Shown piece by piece: positions 11,101 through 24,565 of a stretch of DNA of 64,000 nt. Numbering within the stretch: the stretch's first letter is position 1; each line of letters opens with the position of its first letter. The stretch comes from the human T2T-CHM13v2.0 reference genome, Homo sapiens. A program made the position numbers and the translations under genes. The stretch lies in the NCBI RefSeq assembly GCF_009914755.1, contig NC_060925.1. The stretch is one strand, 5' to 3'. The notes under the pieces were generated by a model. The model did not search any database. It had not been told where the DNA came from and saw nothing but the letters and a program-made list of their open reading frames with translations.

Positions 11101-13089
11101 ATCCCATACAATATTGGAACATATATTAGCATTATTTACCAAGATATAACCTAAAGAAGACTGAACATCATTTTGGCAATACCATGTACCTAAACATGTC
11201 AAATAATCCTGTTTACTTCTCTTTTCTGGACATTCTAGGGGCCCTCTGGACTATCCAAAGAGTTAGGTGTCAGGAAAGACCATTTGGAAACTGAAGTTTG
11301 ATTTTGGGAAGCCTATTAAATAAGTTTAAAGCACTTGATATTATGAAATAGAATTCCAGGTTACCATAAATTATTTATTTTGCCAAAATGGTACTGAGAA
11401 ATTTTAAAGAAGCAAAAACTTTTATAACCCTTTGAATTTAGTCAATATGTTCACATAGACAACCTCTTCTGCAAGATTAACTTCCACAATGCTTCTATCA
11501 CTTGTTTGAACGTTCAACTTTTCCTACCTAACTCAAAACAATCCTTTAATCCAAGGCAAAAGTTTACATTTCCATGCCTTCTTATAACCTTTTACTAAAA
11601 AACACATTTTACCGTTCTTAGGCATCTTGCGTGTAAATCTATTTTTAGATTACGTGATATAATGGTAACTCCTGGCAATTTTTAACTTTAATGTAAAACC
11701 TGCTAAATTGCTTTAATTGTGTGGTAAGTGCTGCAAAGGTTTGCCTTCTTAATCTAGGGTGTGTTTAGTTCCATATATTCCCAGGCCCTACCAATTGTGA
11801 AGCAGGCAAGACAGACAGGTCTCAAAACCCAAAAAACAGTTTGTAACCTCAAAAAACTTAGCAAACCTTGCATCTGACCTGCATTTTACCGTAGTCTTTA
11901 CGGCTGTTTTTATTTCTTAAAGATTAAAGTCAAATGAACTGAAAGGTACCAGAAATTTTATCTTTCCTTTAAAAAATATTAGATTCAAGTGTTTGTCCTT
12001 CTTTGGACCAGATTCATTAGAGCCGTTTTTACAGACATCACACACAGTACACAAGCAGACAAGCACAAGAAAACCCAGTCACTGGGTGGGTACCTTTAAG
12101 AGACAAGGCTAGGAAAACATGCAGACATCAAACCAGAGAGGGCTCATCCCCTAAGGCAGGATTGCTAAGCAAAGCCTTGCCAAGCGGTGGTTACCAGCCA
12201 TGCCCTCAGGATGTAAAACAAAATGGAGGCTTGATTTCACAATAAAAGCTTTGCAGAAAACATAAACGGTGATAGGTGTGGGGCCTGACCTAGTAAAAAA
12301 CGTCTTCTAAAAGAAAAAAAAAATTAAAGGTTAACTGCTGATGGAGTGGGGCAGAGAAAGAAAAAAAGTTTTAAAATGCCTGGGAAAGACCCTCTTATTC
12401 TTATACAACTGGTTCCTCCACCAGGAGAAAAGCTTAATTACTGTCCAATGGAGTAAAGCCCCTTAGCAGGGGAAGGTGAAGGCTTTGGTGGTGCATGGTG
12501 GAAAACAACAGCCAGCTGGCTGTACAGGACACTTGGACCGTGCGTTCCAGCCCCAGAAGGGAGGGGAGAGCAGCGGGGAGGTGCTGCTTGCTGGTCAGTC
12601 CCAAAAAAGGAAGGAAAAGGCCTGGGAGCAATAGATGATTGGGGAATGGTTTCCCCTACCCTCAGAAATTTGAGGATGAAAAGGCTTAGAATGAACGTTG
12701 AGAGGTTTTGAGTCCCCAGTTCACTTGCCACTTCTCAAGCCCCACGTTGGGTGCCAAAAATGTTGTAGGACTCTTCCTTAGTTCAGCTAAAGATGGGGTT
12801 CTTTGTCCCACAGCCACAAAAGTTCAGGCTCTCAAACAATTTGAATGGTGAGTAAGACAGGGTTTTATTGGGTGAAAAGAAAGAAAAAAAGGAAACAGGG
12901 ACTCTCTACAAGGCCAGAGTCCCCTGCTAGAGTGCTTCCCACCTGGTCATTCGAATTCCAGGTTCCACACAGGAAGAGGAGGGGCCAGGCTCCTCCCCAC
13001 TGCAAATGGTGCAAATATTTGAGGCTCCATCCCTGTGTGCATGCTGGTTGGAGTTTTTTCTGGGGACCTCCTCCCAGCTGGCTGTCTCA
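8140..13089 (-). mobile_element. Two-LTR non-coding ERV1 provirus, MER61-type (LTRs 8140-8468 and 12761-13089, 329 bp each)
   Basis: Paired LTRs with TG..CA ends; PBS TGGCACCCAACGTGGGGC (12739-12756, minus; tRNA-Lys type, 1 mismatch); PPT 8469-8480; 4-bp TSD gtgc/atgc. Confidence 0.88.
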
Positions 13090-14419
13090 ATGCTACTCCA
13101 CTATTGCCTCCCCAGCCTCTAATAGTTAAAATTCCATCCTTCCTACAATGTCTAGGTCAAATGTTGTTCTCCCTCAGGCTTTCCTGAGTCCCTCCAGCCA
13201 AAAATAGTCTCCTCTGCTTCCGCATTACCAAACCATTTTGTTTTAACTCTGCAATAATGTTTACCCTCTTGCCTTCTACTATTAGGTTACTTTTGTAGTC
13301 TCTAGAAAAGTTACCTCACCTTTCTGGGACTGAGTTTTCTCATCTCAGCATATAATAGAGGGCAGATAATGACTAAAGTCTATCAAATCCAATATTCTAT
13401 AATCCTAATTCATCCACTGTCAATGCTTTTATGATGGTTAAATTGAATGTCATTTTATCATGGTAACTGACACTAATGGCAAGATGACAATTTTGTACCT
13501 AATAGTCACATTGCCACTCTTCAGCATTGTAAAAAGTAAAGTAGAGGTTCCTCTTCAAAGACTTTCCTCCTTATCTAATTAGGAATAAATAGTAACTTCC
13601 CTTAAAAGCAAAATTTATTCAAAGACCTATACTAACATTCTTAAATATCTGCTAGCCATAATAAAGAAATCAATGTACTCTATGTTCTTAGCTCTTACAA
13701 TTTAGCCTAAATATTTGCCTTGGCATGCTTACACTATTCCAAGCAAGCATTAGGTCATAGCCTGTTTCTCTTCCTTATTTGAAGGTGTTTTTACTTTTCT
13801 CAACATTCCACAAGTTATTTCCCCCTTCCTTTGTTCTCCTCTGCCTTTGCCTCTTTTAAAAAGTTGTAAGTTGCTAGCCAATTGGGACAAATACAGAATG
13901 TGAGGTCCCATTCCAGCCAATGGAAACTGAACACAGCAGTAAGGTGGACACATCAAGTTATAAATGACCCTGCCTCCTTTGTTTGGTGTACTGTCATGGC
14001 AAAACTGCTGGCAAGTGTACCCTTTCTGCAGAAGGCATAAAAATGGCCTTGCTGAGGAAATTAAATTTATGTTCAAGTGCTATTTCTTTACAGCACCAAG
14101 GAACAAACATTTCAAATAATTTGGTGGCCTGTACGGGGATACATTCTCATATGGAGGCAGTCTCCAGTCCTGTCTCATGAAGAAGCATGGTCCTCTGCCT
14201 CTCTGCAGTAGCCTCAAGGATAAGGACTCGAGACCCACCCAGTGTGATGAATAAACCCAGACTCTCAGTAACACACACACACACACACACACACAAAGAA
14301 AAGAAAAAAAGAAAGACAACAACAACAATAAAAACTGGCTGGCAACCTGGAGTAAAGCATCCTCACATATCACATGAACCAAGAAACTCTGTACACAGAC
14401 AAGAAAAAAAAAAAAAAAA

Positions 14420-14840
14420 ACAGAAAAACCAGTAAAGTATTTCCTTAGTAGTCAAAACCAAAGAAAAAGCCACAAGGCAGTAAAGCATTCCTTAATTAAG
14501 ACATTCCGAAAAAAGAGAAACCACAATGGGGGGTAAAGCATTCCTTAGTCAGGACTAAGGAAAGAAAGCCTCGGGGGTGGGGAGGGGGTGGTGGTGAAGT
14601 ATTCCTTAGTCAAGATGTCTTAGAAGTTAAAAAGAAGTAAGAAATCTCCATTAAGAAAGAAGTTGAACCTCAGAAAGAAGTGAAAAATCCCCATGGGGGG
14701 TTGAACCTCAAAAAGAAGTAAGAAATTCCCACTGAGAGGAGGTTGAACCTCAAAAAAAAGTAAGAAATCCCCATAGATAAGAAGTTGAATCTCAAAAAGA
14801 AGTGAGAAATCGCCATTGGTGAGGGGATTGAACTTCACAA
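14420..14840 (+). repeat. Imperfect tandem repeats in the HERV-I leader (aagcattccttagtca units, then about five ~40-bp gttgaacctcaaaaagaagtaagaaatcccca units)
   Basis: Units directly visible. Confidence 0.85.
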
Positions 14841-16379
14841 AAACCTCTGGTAGTAAAAAAAATTATATATACGTATATATTCAAAATTCTCCTTTTCCCT
14901 CTTCTCCGGGAAAGAAAAGGCTAAGCTCCACTCCCGCCGGTTGCTCCCCTAGGGGAAGGGAAAGGAGAAAGACAGCAAAAACAGCAAGTGCGACACCAGA
15001 CAGCCAGGCACACCAAGAGTTAAGCCCCTCTCCCCAGCCAGGCTCTATGTGAAAAAGAGGGCAGGGACTGATGCCAGAAGGAGAGTGTGGGGGACTGCCT
15101 GGGGCCAGGACTGCAGCTGTGCAAATCCCACCCAGCCCAAGAAACTAAGTGTAGGAAGAAAGGGGAAAAAAAAGTAAAAAGGGAAATCGGAAAACAAACA
15201 AACAAACAAAAACAGGAGAAACAGATGGCAATGTATGCGCAGGGGTGGGGCCCGTGCCGTGGCCTGACCCTGCCGTTGGTGGGAGCGAGAGAACTCAGGA
15301 GGGGAAAAGGAAACGGGATGACAGAGAGAGAGAGAGAAACAGAGTGCAAATGAGAGAGAGATAAATAGATGGAAAGAGTAAGTAAGAGAGAAACTGGAAG
15401 AGACAGAAATCAAAGAAAGACACAGAAGGTGAAACTACGAAAACAAAGAGTGTAAAAGGAAGGCAGAAAGTTAAGGCATGTTGAAGATTGTGAAAGTTGT
15501 AAGAAAAGTTATGAAAAGGAATTTATGCCAGAAATATTGTATAATTTAAAAAGTAAGTAGGCCTCCTGAATGTAAAATTATTTGAAAAACAGTTTATTTA
15601 CAAGGTATGTAAGAAAAATAAAATATATTTTTAATAACAGGATTATAAGGAGGCATAAAAATATAGGTTTTTACATACATTAAAAAGTTAAAAATATATA
15701 TTTTGTTTTAAAAGTTTAAGCAAGTTTTAAAATGTTAATTGTAAAGGAAATTCTGTGTGTAAACATAATGGCTAAAGTTAAAGAGGTATCATCCAGTTTT
15801 TCTGTGAACTGGACATTAAAATAAAAGCACAATAGATTTTTCTTAAAGCACTAACCTGCTCTTTAGCAAAAATTATAAACAGTTAAAAAGAGTCTATAAA
15901 AGTCTTACCTTATAGTCAGACATCAAAAATAGATTAAATATCTACAAGATTTTATTAAAATTAAGCTTAACATTAATAGCACATTAATATAAAAAATTTA
16001 ACTTATCTGGTATAAAATCATACAAAAACACTGTCAAATATAAAACGGTGTTTAGCTTTCTTAAGGCCCAAAAGTGGCTGGGTAAGTCACAAGGCTCCTC
16101 ATCCCCAAGGCCACAGTGCACAGGGGCGGTGAAGGCCACAAGAAGGCCAAGACCTTAAGAGAGGGCAAGGCCACAGCATCCCCTGGGCAGTGCTGAGCAG
16201 AGATGGAGCAGGAGGTGTCACCATGAGGCCTCAAGCCCCAGGATATGCAGCAGAAATTACACACTTAATTTATCTTCCACTTTCCCTTCCCTCAGAACTG
16301 AAAGTATTTTAGCACAAGTACCATTCCTAGAATTTCCAGTACACCAGCACCAGCCTGAAAACCACATTCTCATCAAAAG

Positions 16380-18510
16380 ATAGAAAAAAACTCAAGCCAG
16401 CCTGGGAAGGATCCTATTTTATGCTGTTAACCACTGAGACTGCCGTCCACACAGCTGAGAAAGAATGGACCCACCATACTCGAGTCAAGAAAACATCTTC
16501 CTCTTCAGAATCATGTTACTGTACTAAGATCAAGCCCTACTAAGTTAAAGTTAAAGAAAGCTTAATTTTCATATACCTTCTATATTGCTTCCTTTCCTTT
16601 CCTTATTCTGTTACTAGCTTCTTTGTTATTAATGTAACTAAGTCTGACTCACCTCAGACCATTACCTTTAATGCTTGCTCTGTCATACCTTGTGGAGATG
16701 TAAAAGATCAATGACAGCTAGCCTTTTCACACAAATATTTATGACCCGGCTCTCTACTGGACACAGTTACCCCTAGCACTCATCATTGTGATCAGCTGCA
16801 GCCAAGACACTGATTTTCTGCTCCTGCAGCCTGGCAACCTTGTAGAAAATAGGACTATGTCCTTTAAACTACTTAGAAGCAAAGTTGGACTTCCACAAAA
16901 AAGGTTTGTGCAGATCTAAAACCCCTCATCTATTTCACTAAAAGGACTACCCCTTCTAACTGGCAGCCTTATCTATGTAACCCTGTCCTTCTCTTTATCA
17001 CCACCTCCACCTTGACTAACTCTAGGCCAGCCCTTAGTTGCTTCTATGGTATGAAGATTGACATAAATGGAAAAGACCCCTAAGTATTTTTAAAGTATGC
17101 ATGATTCTCCCATCTTCCCCTTCTTCAGTAGCCTCAGTTCTAGATCCCACACCAGTTGCTCCTACATCTAATAATAAAACTAAGCTGTCTGTTGTAAAAA
17201 TAAGAGATCTAAGACAGACCTTAGCCATCAAGACAAAAATATCAAGATGCAAATGCCTGGCTGGAATGAATTAAATATTCCGTTCGCACTTTAAATAAAA
17301 GCGATTATTATGCTTGTACACATGGTAGGCCAGAGGCCCAGATTGTCCCCTTTCCACTTGGATGGTCTCCTTGTCAACCAGATATGGAGTGTATGGTGGC
17401 TCTCTTTCAGAATCCCATGGCTTAGGATAATACATCATGCCGAGCTCTCTATCTGCTATTTCCTGAAATTCAACACCCTACGGGTCAGCCCCCAAGGGCA
17501 ATCCAGCTTCCATCTCAGATGGCCAAGTTTACTTCATGCCTCTCATAGCAAGAGGAAAATTTGGTGTTCCTTGGAAGCATAAAAAAAATGCAAGGAGCTC
17601 AAGTCTTTCCAAGAGCTTGATTATCAGTCTATGCTTAGCCATCCCCAAGCAAATGTATAGTAGTACTGTAGAAGACCTTTATTAGACACTCTGCCAAATA
17701 ATTAGAACAGTACTTGTGCTCTAATCCAATTCGCTATCCCTTTCACCGTAGCAATTCATCAATCTAAAAAGGTAAAAACAAAACACCTCAGGCCAAAGGA
17801 AACTCCTTATGAGTCCTTTAATCCTCAGGTTTACATAAATGCCATTAAAGTCCTGTGAGAAGTGCCAAATAAGTTTAAAGCACAAAATCAATTAGCTGCA
17901 GAATTTAAATCCACATTGTTCTAGTAAGTAACTATAAAAAAAAGTAGGCTAAATAAACTATATCTATTACAATCAGCAACGATTCATAAATTACACTGAG
18001 GACACCATCAAAGAGATACCTAAGCAATTAGGACCTATCAGCCAGATGGCCTAGAAAAATAAAATAACTTTAAATATAATATTAGCAGAAAAAGAAGATG
18101 TTTGTGTCATACTTAAAATTTAATGTTATACCTTTGTTCCTAAAAATACTGCCCCTGACAGAATTATAACAAAAGTGCTACAAGAATTAAAAACCCTATC
18201 CAATAAACTTGCCAAAAATAATAAAATAAATAACCCTTTTTCTAAAGTAATAAAACATTTGTTCAGTAGATAAAAAGAAATTTTAACTTCAATTCTCACC
18301 TCATTTGCTGTTGTTATTGGTGTACTTATTCTTGTAGGCTGTTATATTATTCCCTACCGTCGAAGTTTTACACAAAAACCTGTCTCTGCCATGCTTACAG
18401 AGTTAACTCCTAACTCTCCTCCACCTTATTCAGAAAAATTACTTCTCTTAAAAGGACAAACAAAGCAATTAAGTCAAAACATATTAAACAAGTTTGAAGA
18501 AGAATTATGA
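16380..18510 (+). pseudogene. Degenerate integrase C-terminus and env of the HERV-I provirus
   Basis: PAWEGSYFMLLTTETAVHTAEKEWTHHTRVKK (IN C-terminus); INYIYYNQQRFINY and LAEKEDVCV..CYTF (TM ectodomain, CX6CC-like) with many stops. Confidence 0.85.
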
Positions 18511-19438
18511 AATAAGAGGAGGAATTGTAAAAAGTAAAGTAGAAGTTCCTCTGGAAAGACTTGTCTCCCCATTTAATTAGGAATAAATAGTAACTTCCCT
18601 TAAAAGCAAAATTTATTGAAAGACCTATAGTAACATTCTTAACTATCTGCTAGCCATAATAAAGAAATCAATGTACTTTATGTTCTTAGCTCTTACAATT
18701 TAGCCTAAATATTTGCCTTGGCGTGCTCATACTAGTCCAAGCAAGCATTAGGTCATAGCCTGTTTCTCTTCCTTATTTGAAGGTGTTTTTACTTTTCTCA
18801 GCATTCTACAAGTTACTTCCTCCTTCCTTTGTTCTCCTCTGCTTTTGCCTCTTTTAAAGTGTTCTAAGTTGCTAGCCAATCGGGACAAATACAGAATGTG
18901 AGGTCCTGTTCTAGCCAATGGAAACCGGACACAGCAGTAAGGTGGTAAGGTGGACGCATCAAGTTATAAATGACCCTGTCTCCTTTGTTCTGTGTACTCT
19001 CATGGCAAAACTGCTGGTGAGTGTACCCTTTCTGCAGAAAGTATAGAAATGGCCTTGCTGAGGAAATTGAATTTATGTTCAAGTGCTATTTCTTTACAGC
19101 ACCAAGGAACAGGCATTTCAAAGAGCATGGTGCTATTAAAATAAAAACTTTAGACAAGTTAAGTTTAACATAATTTATTTGAGCAAACAAATGATTCATG
19201 AATTGGGCATTACCCTGAACCAGTAAAGGTTCAGAAGACTCTACCTGGCAATGTGGGCAGTCCATATTTATAGATAGAAAAAGGAAGTGACATAACAAAA
19301 TAGCCTGATTTGTTACAGTTTAGCACTTGCTTTATTTGGACATGTCTGAGCAGTTTGCAGCCTGTGATTGGCCAAAAGCTCAGCTGCTACAGTTAACTGA
19401 GACTCAGTTGCTTGTTACAAGAATGTAGTCTCAAGGTA

Positions 19439-19442
<4 letters not shown>

Positions 19443-19486
<44 letters not shown>

Positions 19487-19556
19487 TTTATATACATATA
19501 TAATGTATATATATAAAACATACATATAACATATATTATGCTTTATTTATATATAT
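19443..19556. repeat. (TA)n microsatellite and TA-rich expansion inside the MER57-type LTR
   Basis: About 20 perfect TA units followed by degenerate TA. Confidence 0.95.
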
Positions 19557-19842
19557 TAGGTTATAGTTTGCTTCATTTAGAGACAGCATTAGGCCAAAGT
19601 TTAATTTAACAATTCCCCTCTTTTATCAGCCTTTGAATTTTGAGAAATTGACCATAACCTAGGTCCAATTTTTTTCACCATCATAATGGACTTGTTTGGT
19701 CTCAGTATAAAATTCACAATTCACAATGTCGAATTTGTTGGATTATTCTTTATGTTTTCCTGATATTTTTGTTTTTCTAACTATAATGAGATTAGTTGAT
19801 GTACAACGGATGGCTCCATATGAGCATTTGAGACTCTTAAGG

Positions 19843-20165
<323 letters not shown>

Positions 20166-22486
20166 AGACTCTTAAGGGATACAATACATTAGGAAGAATA
20201 TTATAATGGTTATCAGGAGGAAAAATACAAAAAATTAAAAAATTAAAGTACACTACTTAACAGGAGTCTCTACAAACCAAAATAATCTAAATTAAGCAAT
20301 TTAAAGTTCAAGCAATAATAAAGACAATTCAACAGTATTCAAGTCCTATTGGTTATAGTCTTTGTTCAGGGCATGACGGTGATTAAGGGCCATAGTTAGT
20401 AGTAAAATGCCCTCCTTTAAAGAGGTGCCTGATTCTGTAGTTAGCCTGGTAACACAAGTCATACTAGTCTGAAGACCTACTAAAAGACACATAAAGATTT
20501 TAAAACCTTGGAATATTAGCCCCAAATGATTAGGCTAAAAATAAACAATAAAAAACCTTCCAATAGCCAAGTCTGCCATCCACCATTCCACCATTCTGGA
20601 TACCTGCAAATCAACCATTAGCTGCTCCTGTAAACACATCATGTGTTCCTTTCCCGTGAGAAATTTCCTTGATGTATTTGGTGGCAGTGTCTAGAGAAAC
20701 ATCAGTATCAGCCACATTTTAAATTAAGCTTTTTGTAGTAGTAAAATCAGGAGAAAGGTAAGTACAATATTCAGTTTCGTTTAGCACTATACACAAGTCC
20801 TCAATGTAGGCAAAGAGAAGATCTGCGTGATGCTCCATTAAGTATTTTTGTTGAACATGAATGTTTTCATACACCTTTCAAAGAGCAGCTTCTATGCATC
20901 TGAACTTTTGGGCGGTCACATTGGCTACAAAATCTAAGATTTTTCCTAATTTACAGACTATCTTCAAATTCTATACAACCAGCACCCCAATACTGCCAAG
21001 AGTGTGCCCCCAATAACCCCACAGGAACATTTCCTCCAAGGAAACTAACTTATCTCCATCTATTTCAAGGTTTGTGCTAATTTTGGTTATTGATTGCTTT
21101 GGCCTCTGGTTATGAAAGATACAATGGGAACTTTCAGGAAAAGCTATTCAGAAGGTAGGAGGGAGACAGGCCATATAGCAAAATCTGAACCAGTGAGGAA
21201 GAGGTAAGTAAATTCTCTTCAGTCCCAATGTAGGCCCTCAGGGGCTAGGAAAGATGGCCACCTAGTGGTGTTTGAGCAGAAGTCAATTAAATTTGTCCAC
21301 AAGTTCACATAGCTCCTGAGTAAGGTACAGTGAGAAACTTACTCAAAGGGTATGCTGTAAGGGTGCATAACCACATTTAGTGGAAAAGGAGCTTCCAGAT
21401 TTAATTCAGTGACATCATACAAGCAATTACTCATACCTGCATTGGTAGTCCCCAGGTCTTGAATATGTGATATACCTTTTACAGACATCACTCAGATATG
21501 TTTTCTATATTTGGTAACAATTAGGTTATTAATTGGAAAGTTCGTGGTACTATTTCTAGTGAGTGTAGAAAAGTAAGTAGCAGTAATGTCTAGAATTTTA
21601 AGGAAAGCTTTCCACTCTTCCTCTAGGGCTTCATGATGACTCTCAATGGGAACACAGACATTGGCATGAGAGAAATTGTTTTCTGATATGGTGGCATTAG
21701 CCTACAAACCCAACAATTGCTCTCATTTCTTTTTAGGGCATAAGCTTTTGATAAAGCCACACACAGATTATGCTCCCGTGGATTTTCCTTTAAGGAAAAG
21801 GAAGTGATTCAGACAGCAGAAAACTAGGGGGAAAGGGGAGAAATAAGGCTTTCGTGATGACAGAGAAATCTTATTCTATGGTCTTAGGAAAGTGTCTATG
21901 TCTAGGATACCATCTGCCTCTGGGGAAAAACTTCCCTGGTCATCTTTACCTTAAGGCCTCCAACAAATATACACCAGGAGTCTGGAGGAGCCCTTCTTAG
22001 TAAAAAGATGTGAATACGAGACTCAAAACCCTGAGGTTTTGCTGCAAAGAAGAACTTGGTATAGTCCCTATCAAGGGCAGTCTTCCTCTGGTGTCATTTC
22101 CAAAAGACCCAACCTCATTGCTCTAAATCATGAAAGGTCTGCTTGTCATCAATTTGTGAGTCACAAAGGGCTTTTCTTACCTAGTGAAAATGTGCTTTGG
22201 CATAATGCGTCAAAGCATGGCACTATTGAGTCATGTCAGAGTTTACAAAAGCAAAAGATCCATAGGTTTTATTATTAACGGAATAAGCCTTGAAGTAACT
22301 ATTTCATAATTTCAAATATTTAATTTCATAAGCAGTCAACCTAGATTTCTAGTGAGGATGAGTGTGATTGCCATCAGTTGATAATTGCCTTTGACTAAGG
22401 CAATCCAATCAATGTAGTTAGCTTCGCCTAATGCCATTGTATTTATAATATCTTATTTAACTGTTTTACAACTTGTCCAGTGAAAT

Positions 22487-23017
22487 TCAAAGGTGAAGCA
22501 GGCTAGGCTTCTGGGTTGGGTGGGGACTTGGAGAACTTTTCTGTCTAGCTAAAGGATTGTAAACACACCAATCAGTGCTCTGTGTCTAGCTAATGGTTTG
22601 TAAACGCACCAATCAGCACTCTGTAAAAAAGGACTAATCAGCACTCTGTAAAATGGACCAATCAGCAGGATGTGAGTGGAGCCAAACAAGGGAATAAAAG
22701 CTTGCCACCCAAACCAGCAGTGGCAACCCGCTTGGGTCCCCTTCCACGCTGTGGAAGCTTTCTTCTTTCACTCTTCACAATAAATCTTACTGCTGCTCAC
22801 TCTTTGGATCCGCACTACCTTTATGAGCTGTAACACTCACCGGGAGGGTCTGCAGCTTCATTCCTGAAGTCAGCGAGACTACAAACCCACTGGGAGGGAC
22901 AAATAACTCCGGACACACCATCTTTAAGAGCTGTAACACTCACCGCGAGTGTCCATGGCTTCATTCTTGAAGCCAGTGAGACCAAGAACCCACCGGAAGG
23001 AACCAATTCCAGACACA
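22487..23017 (+). mobile_element. LTR12-family (ERV9) solo LTR nested in the MER57-type internal region
   Basis: Repeated caccaatcagcactctg, ggaataaaag, ctgtaacactcacc repeats, ends ccaattccagacaca; TSD AAAT on both sides. Confidence 0.92.
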
Positions 23018-23057
23018 AAATGAGTACTTCTATCACTGAAGATTTCTCCAGGAATGA

Positions 23058-23381
<324 letters not shown>

Positions 23382-24212
23382 AAGGGAAACACATTTTCTA
23401 ATAAACTTTAGCTATTATTATGGCATCAGCCTTCCTGCATGGGAAAGCTTCTATACAACCAGAAAACATACATTTAATGTGTCACTTGAAGGAACTCCAT
23501 TTTTAAGTGTTCAAATGATCCAGCAGGTGTGTATCACCTGAAGTTTTTATTTTCTTATCAGAACTATGAGTTTGACAATTTATAACCAAAATTGGTTATA
23601 AATTTTAGCAATTTTAAAAGTCATGCCATCAATATTTTTTCATAATTTGAATCATTTTATCTCTGTCATGATGAATATGGAATTCAGAGCTCTTAATAAT
23701 GGAAGCTTTAAGGACTCAGGAAGGACCAAGCAGCTGTCCAGACTCTTCATGAGTTAATGCTTAATATTGCATTTACGTCTTTTTAAATACCAATTTTGTT
23801 TCTCCAATTCAGGTGAATAGTACTGCTCATTAAATAGGTTATCATAGGTAATTTGACAGTGATCAAACTTTTAAAGTTTATTCAAATTGCATATCTTAAC
23901 AATTTCAGTACTGGCTGACTTAGCATAAAAGTCTGCCAAATCATTTCACTGATATCTAATTAATTCTTGTCCTGACATATATTGGGTTCACAGTTTTATG
24001 AACCAGTCAATTTTTTCATTGTAGAATTCTTAGCCAGTCCAATGGTATGATCTTAAAGTTATCAGAAAACTATATTTGTCAGTGTCCTTTTCATGAGTCT
24101 TCTTGAAGATGAAACACTTTAGGCTTATAGTTGCCCAGGAAAGTACCATAGTAAACAATTAACCATCTGTGAATGACAAGACTTAAAATTGCCATGGTTA
24201 AAAACCTGATGA

Positions 24213-24565
24213 GACCAGGCATGGTGGTACATGACTCTAATCCCAGCACCTTGGAAGGCTGAGGCAGGATGATTGCTTGAGCCTAGGAGTTCAAGACCAG
24301 CCTGAGCAACATAGTGAAACCCTGTCTCTACGAAGAATAAAATAATTAGCCAGGTGTTGTTGTGCATAGTAGTCCAGCTACTTGGGAGACTGAGGTGGGA
24401 GGATTGCTTGAGCCCAAGAGCCCAAGGCTTCAGTGAGACGTGACCATACTACTGCACTCCAGTCTGTGTGACAGAGTGAGACTCTGCCTCTGAAAAAAGA
24501 AAAGAACAGAAAAGAAAAGAAGATAAGAAAAAGCAAGAAAAGACAGACAAGAAAAGAAAAATAAA
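24213..24565 (+). mobile_element. Alu (J-like) with GA-rich tail
   Basis: Dimeric Alu sequence. Confidence 0.9.

Larger units (their letters stand above)
13528..19124 (+). mobile_element. Two-LTR HERV-I family provirus (LTR10 / HERVIP10-like, internally deleted); LTRs 13528-14118 and 18526-19124
   Basis: Paired ~595-bp LTRs; PBS TGGTGGCCTGTACGGGGA 14122-14139 (tRNA-Ile, 1 mismatch); PPT aagaggaggaat 18514-18525; TSD GCAT on both sides. Confidence 0.92.

Noticed and set aside
8140-13089. p53 response elements in the MER61-type LTRs
   Set aside because: Some MER61 subfamilies carry them, but no RRRCWWGYYY pair is visible in these copies
14620-14840. Repeat-spacer-like array superficially resembling CRISPR
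   Set aside because: Variable parts are short and related to one another, the array lies inside a retroviral leader, the context is eukaryotic and there are no cas genes
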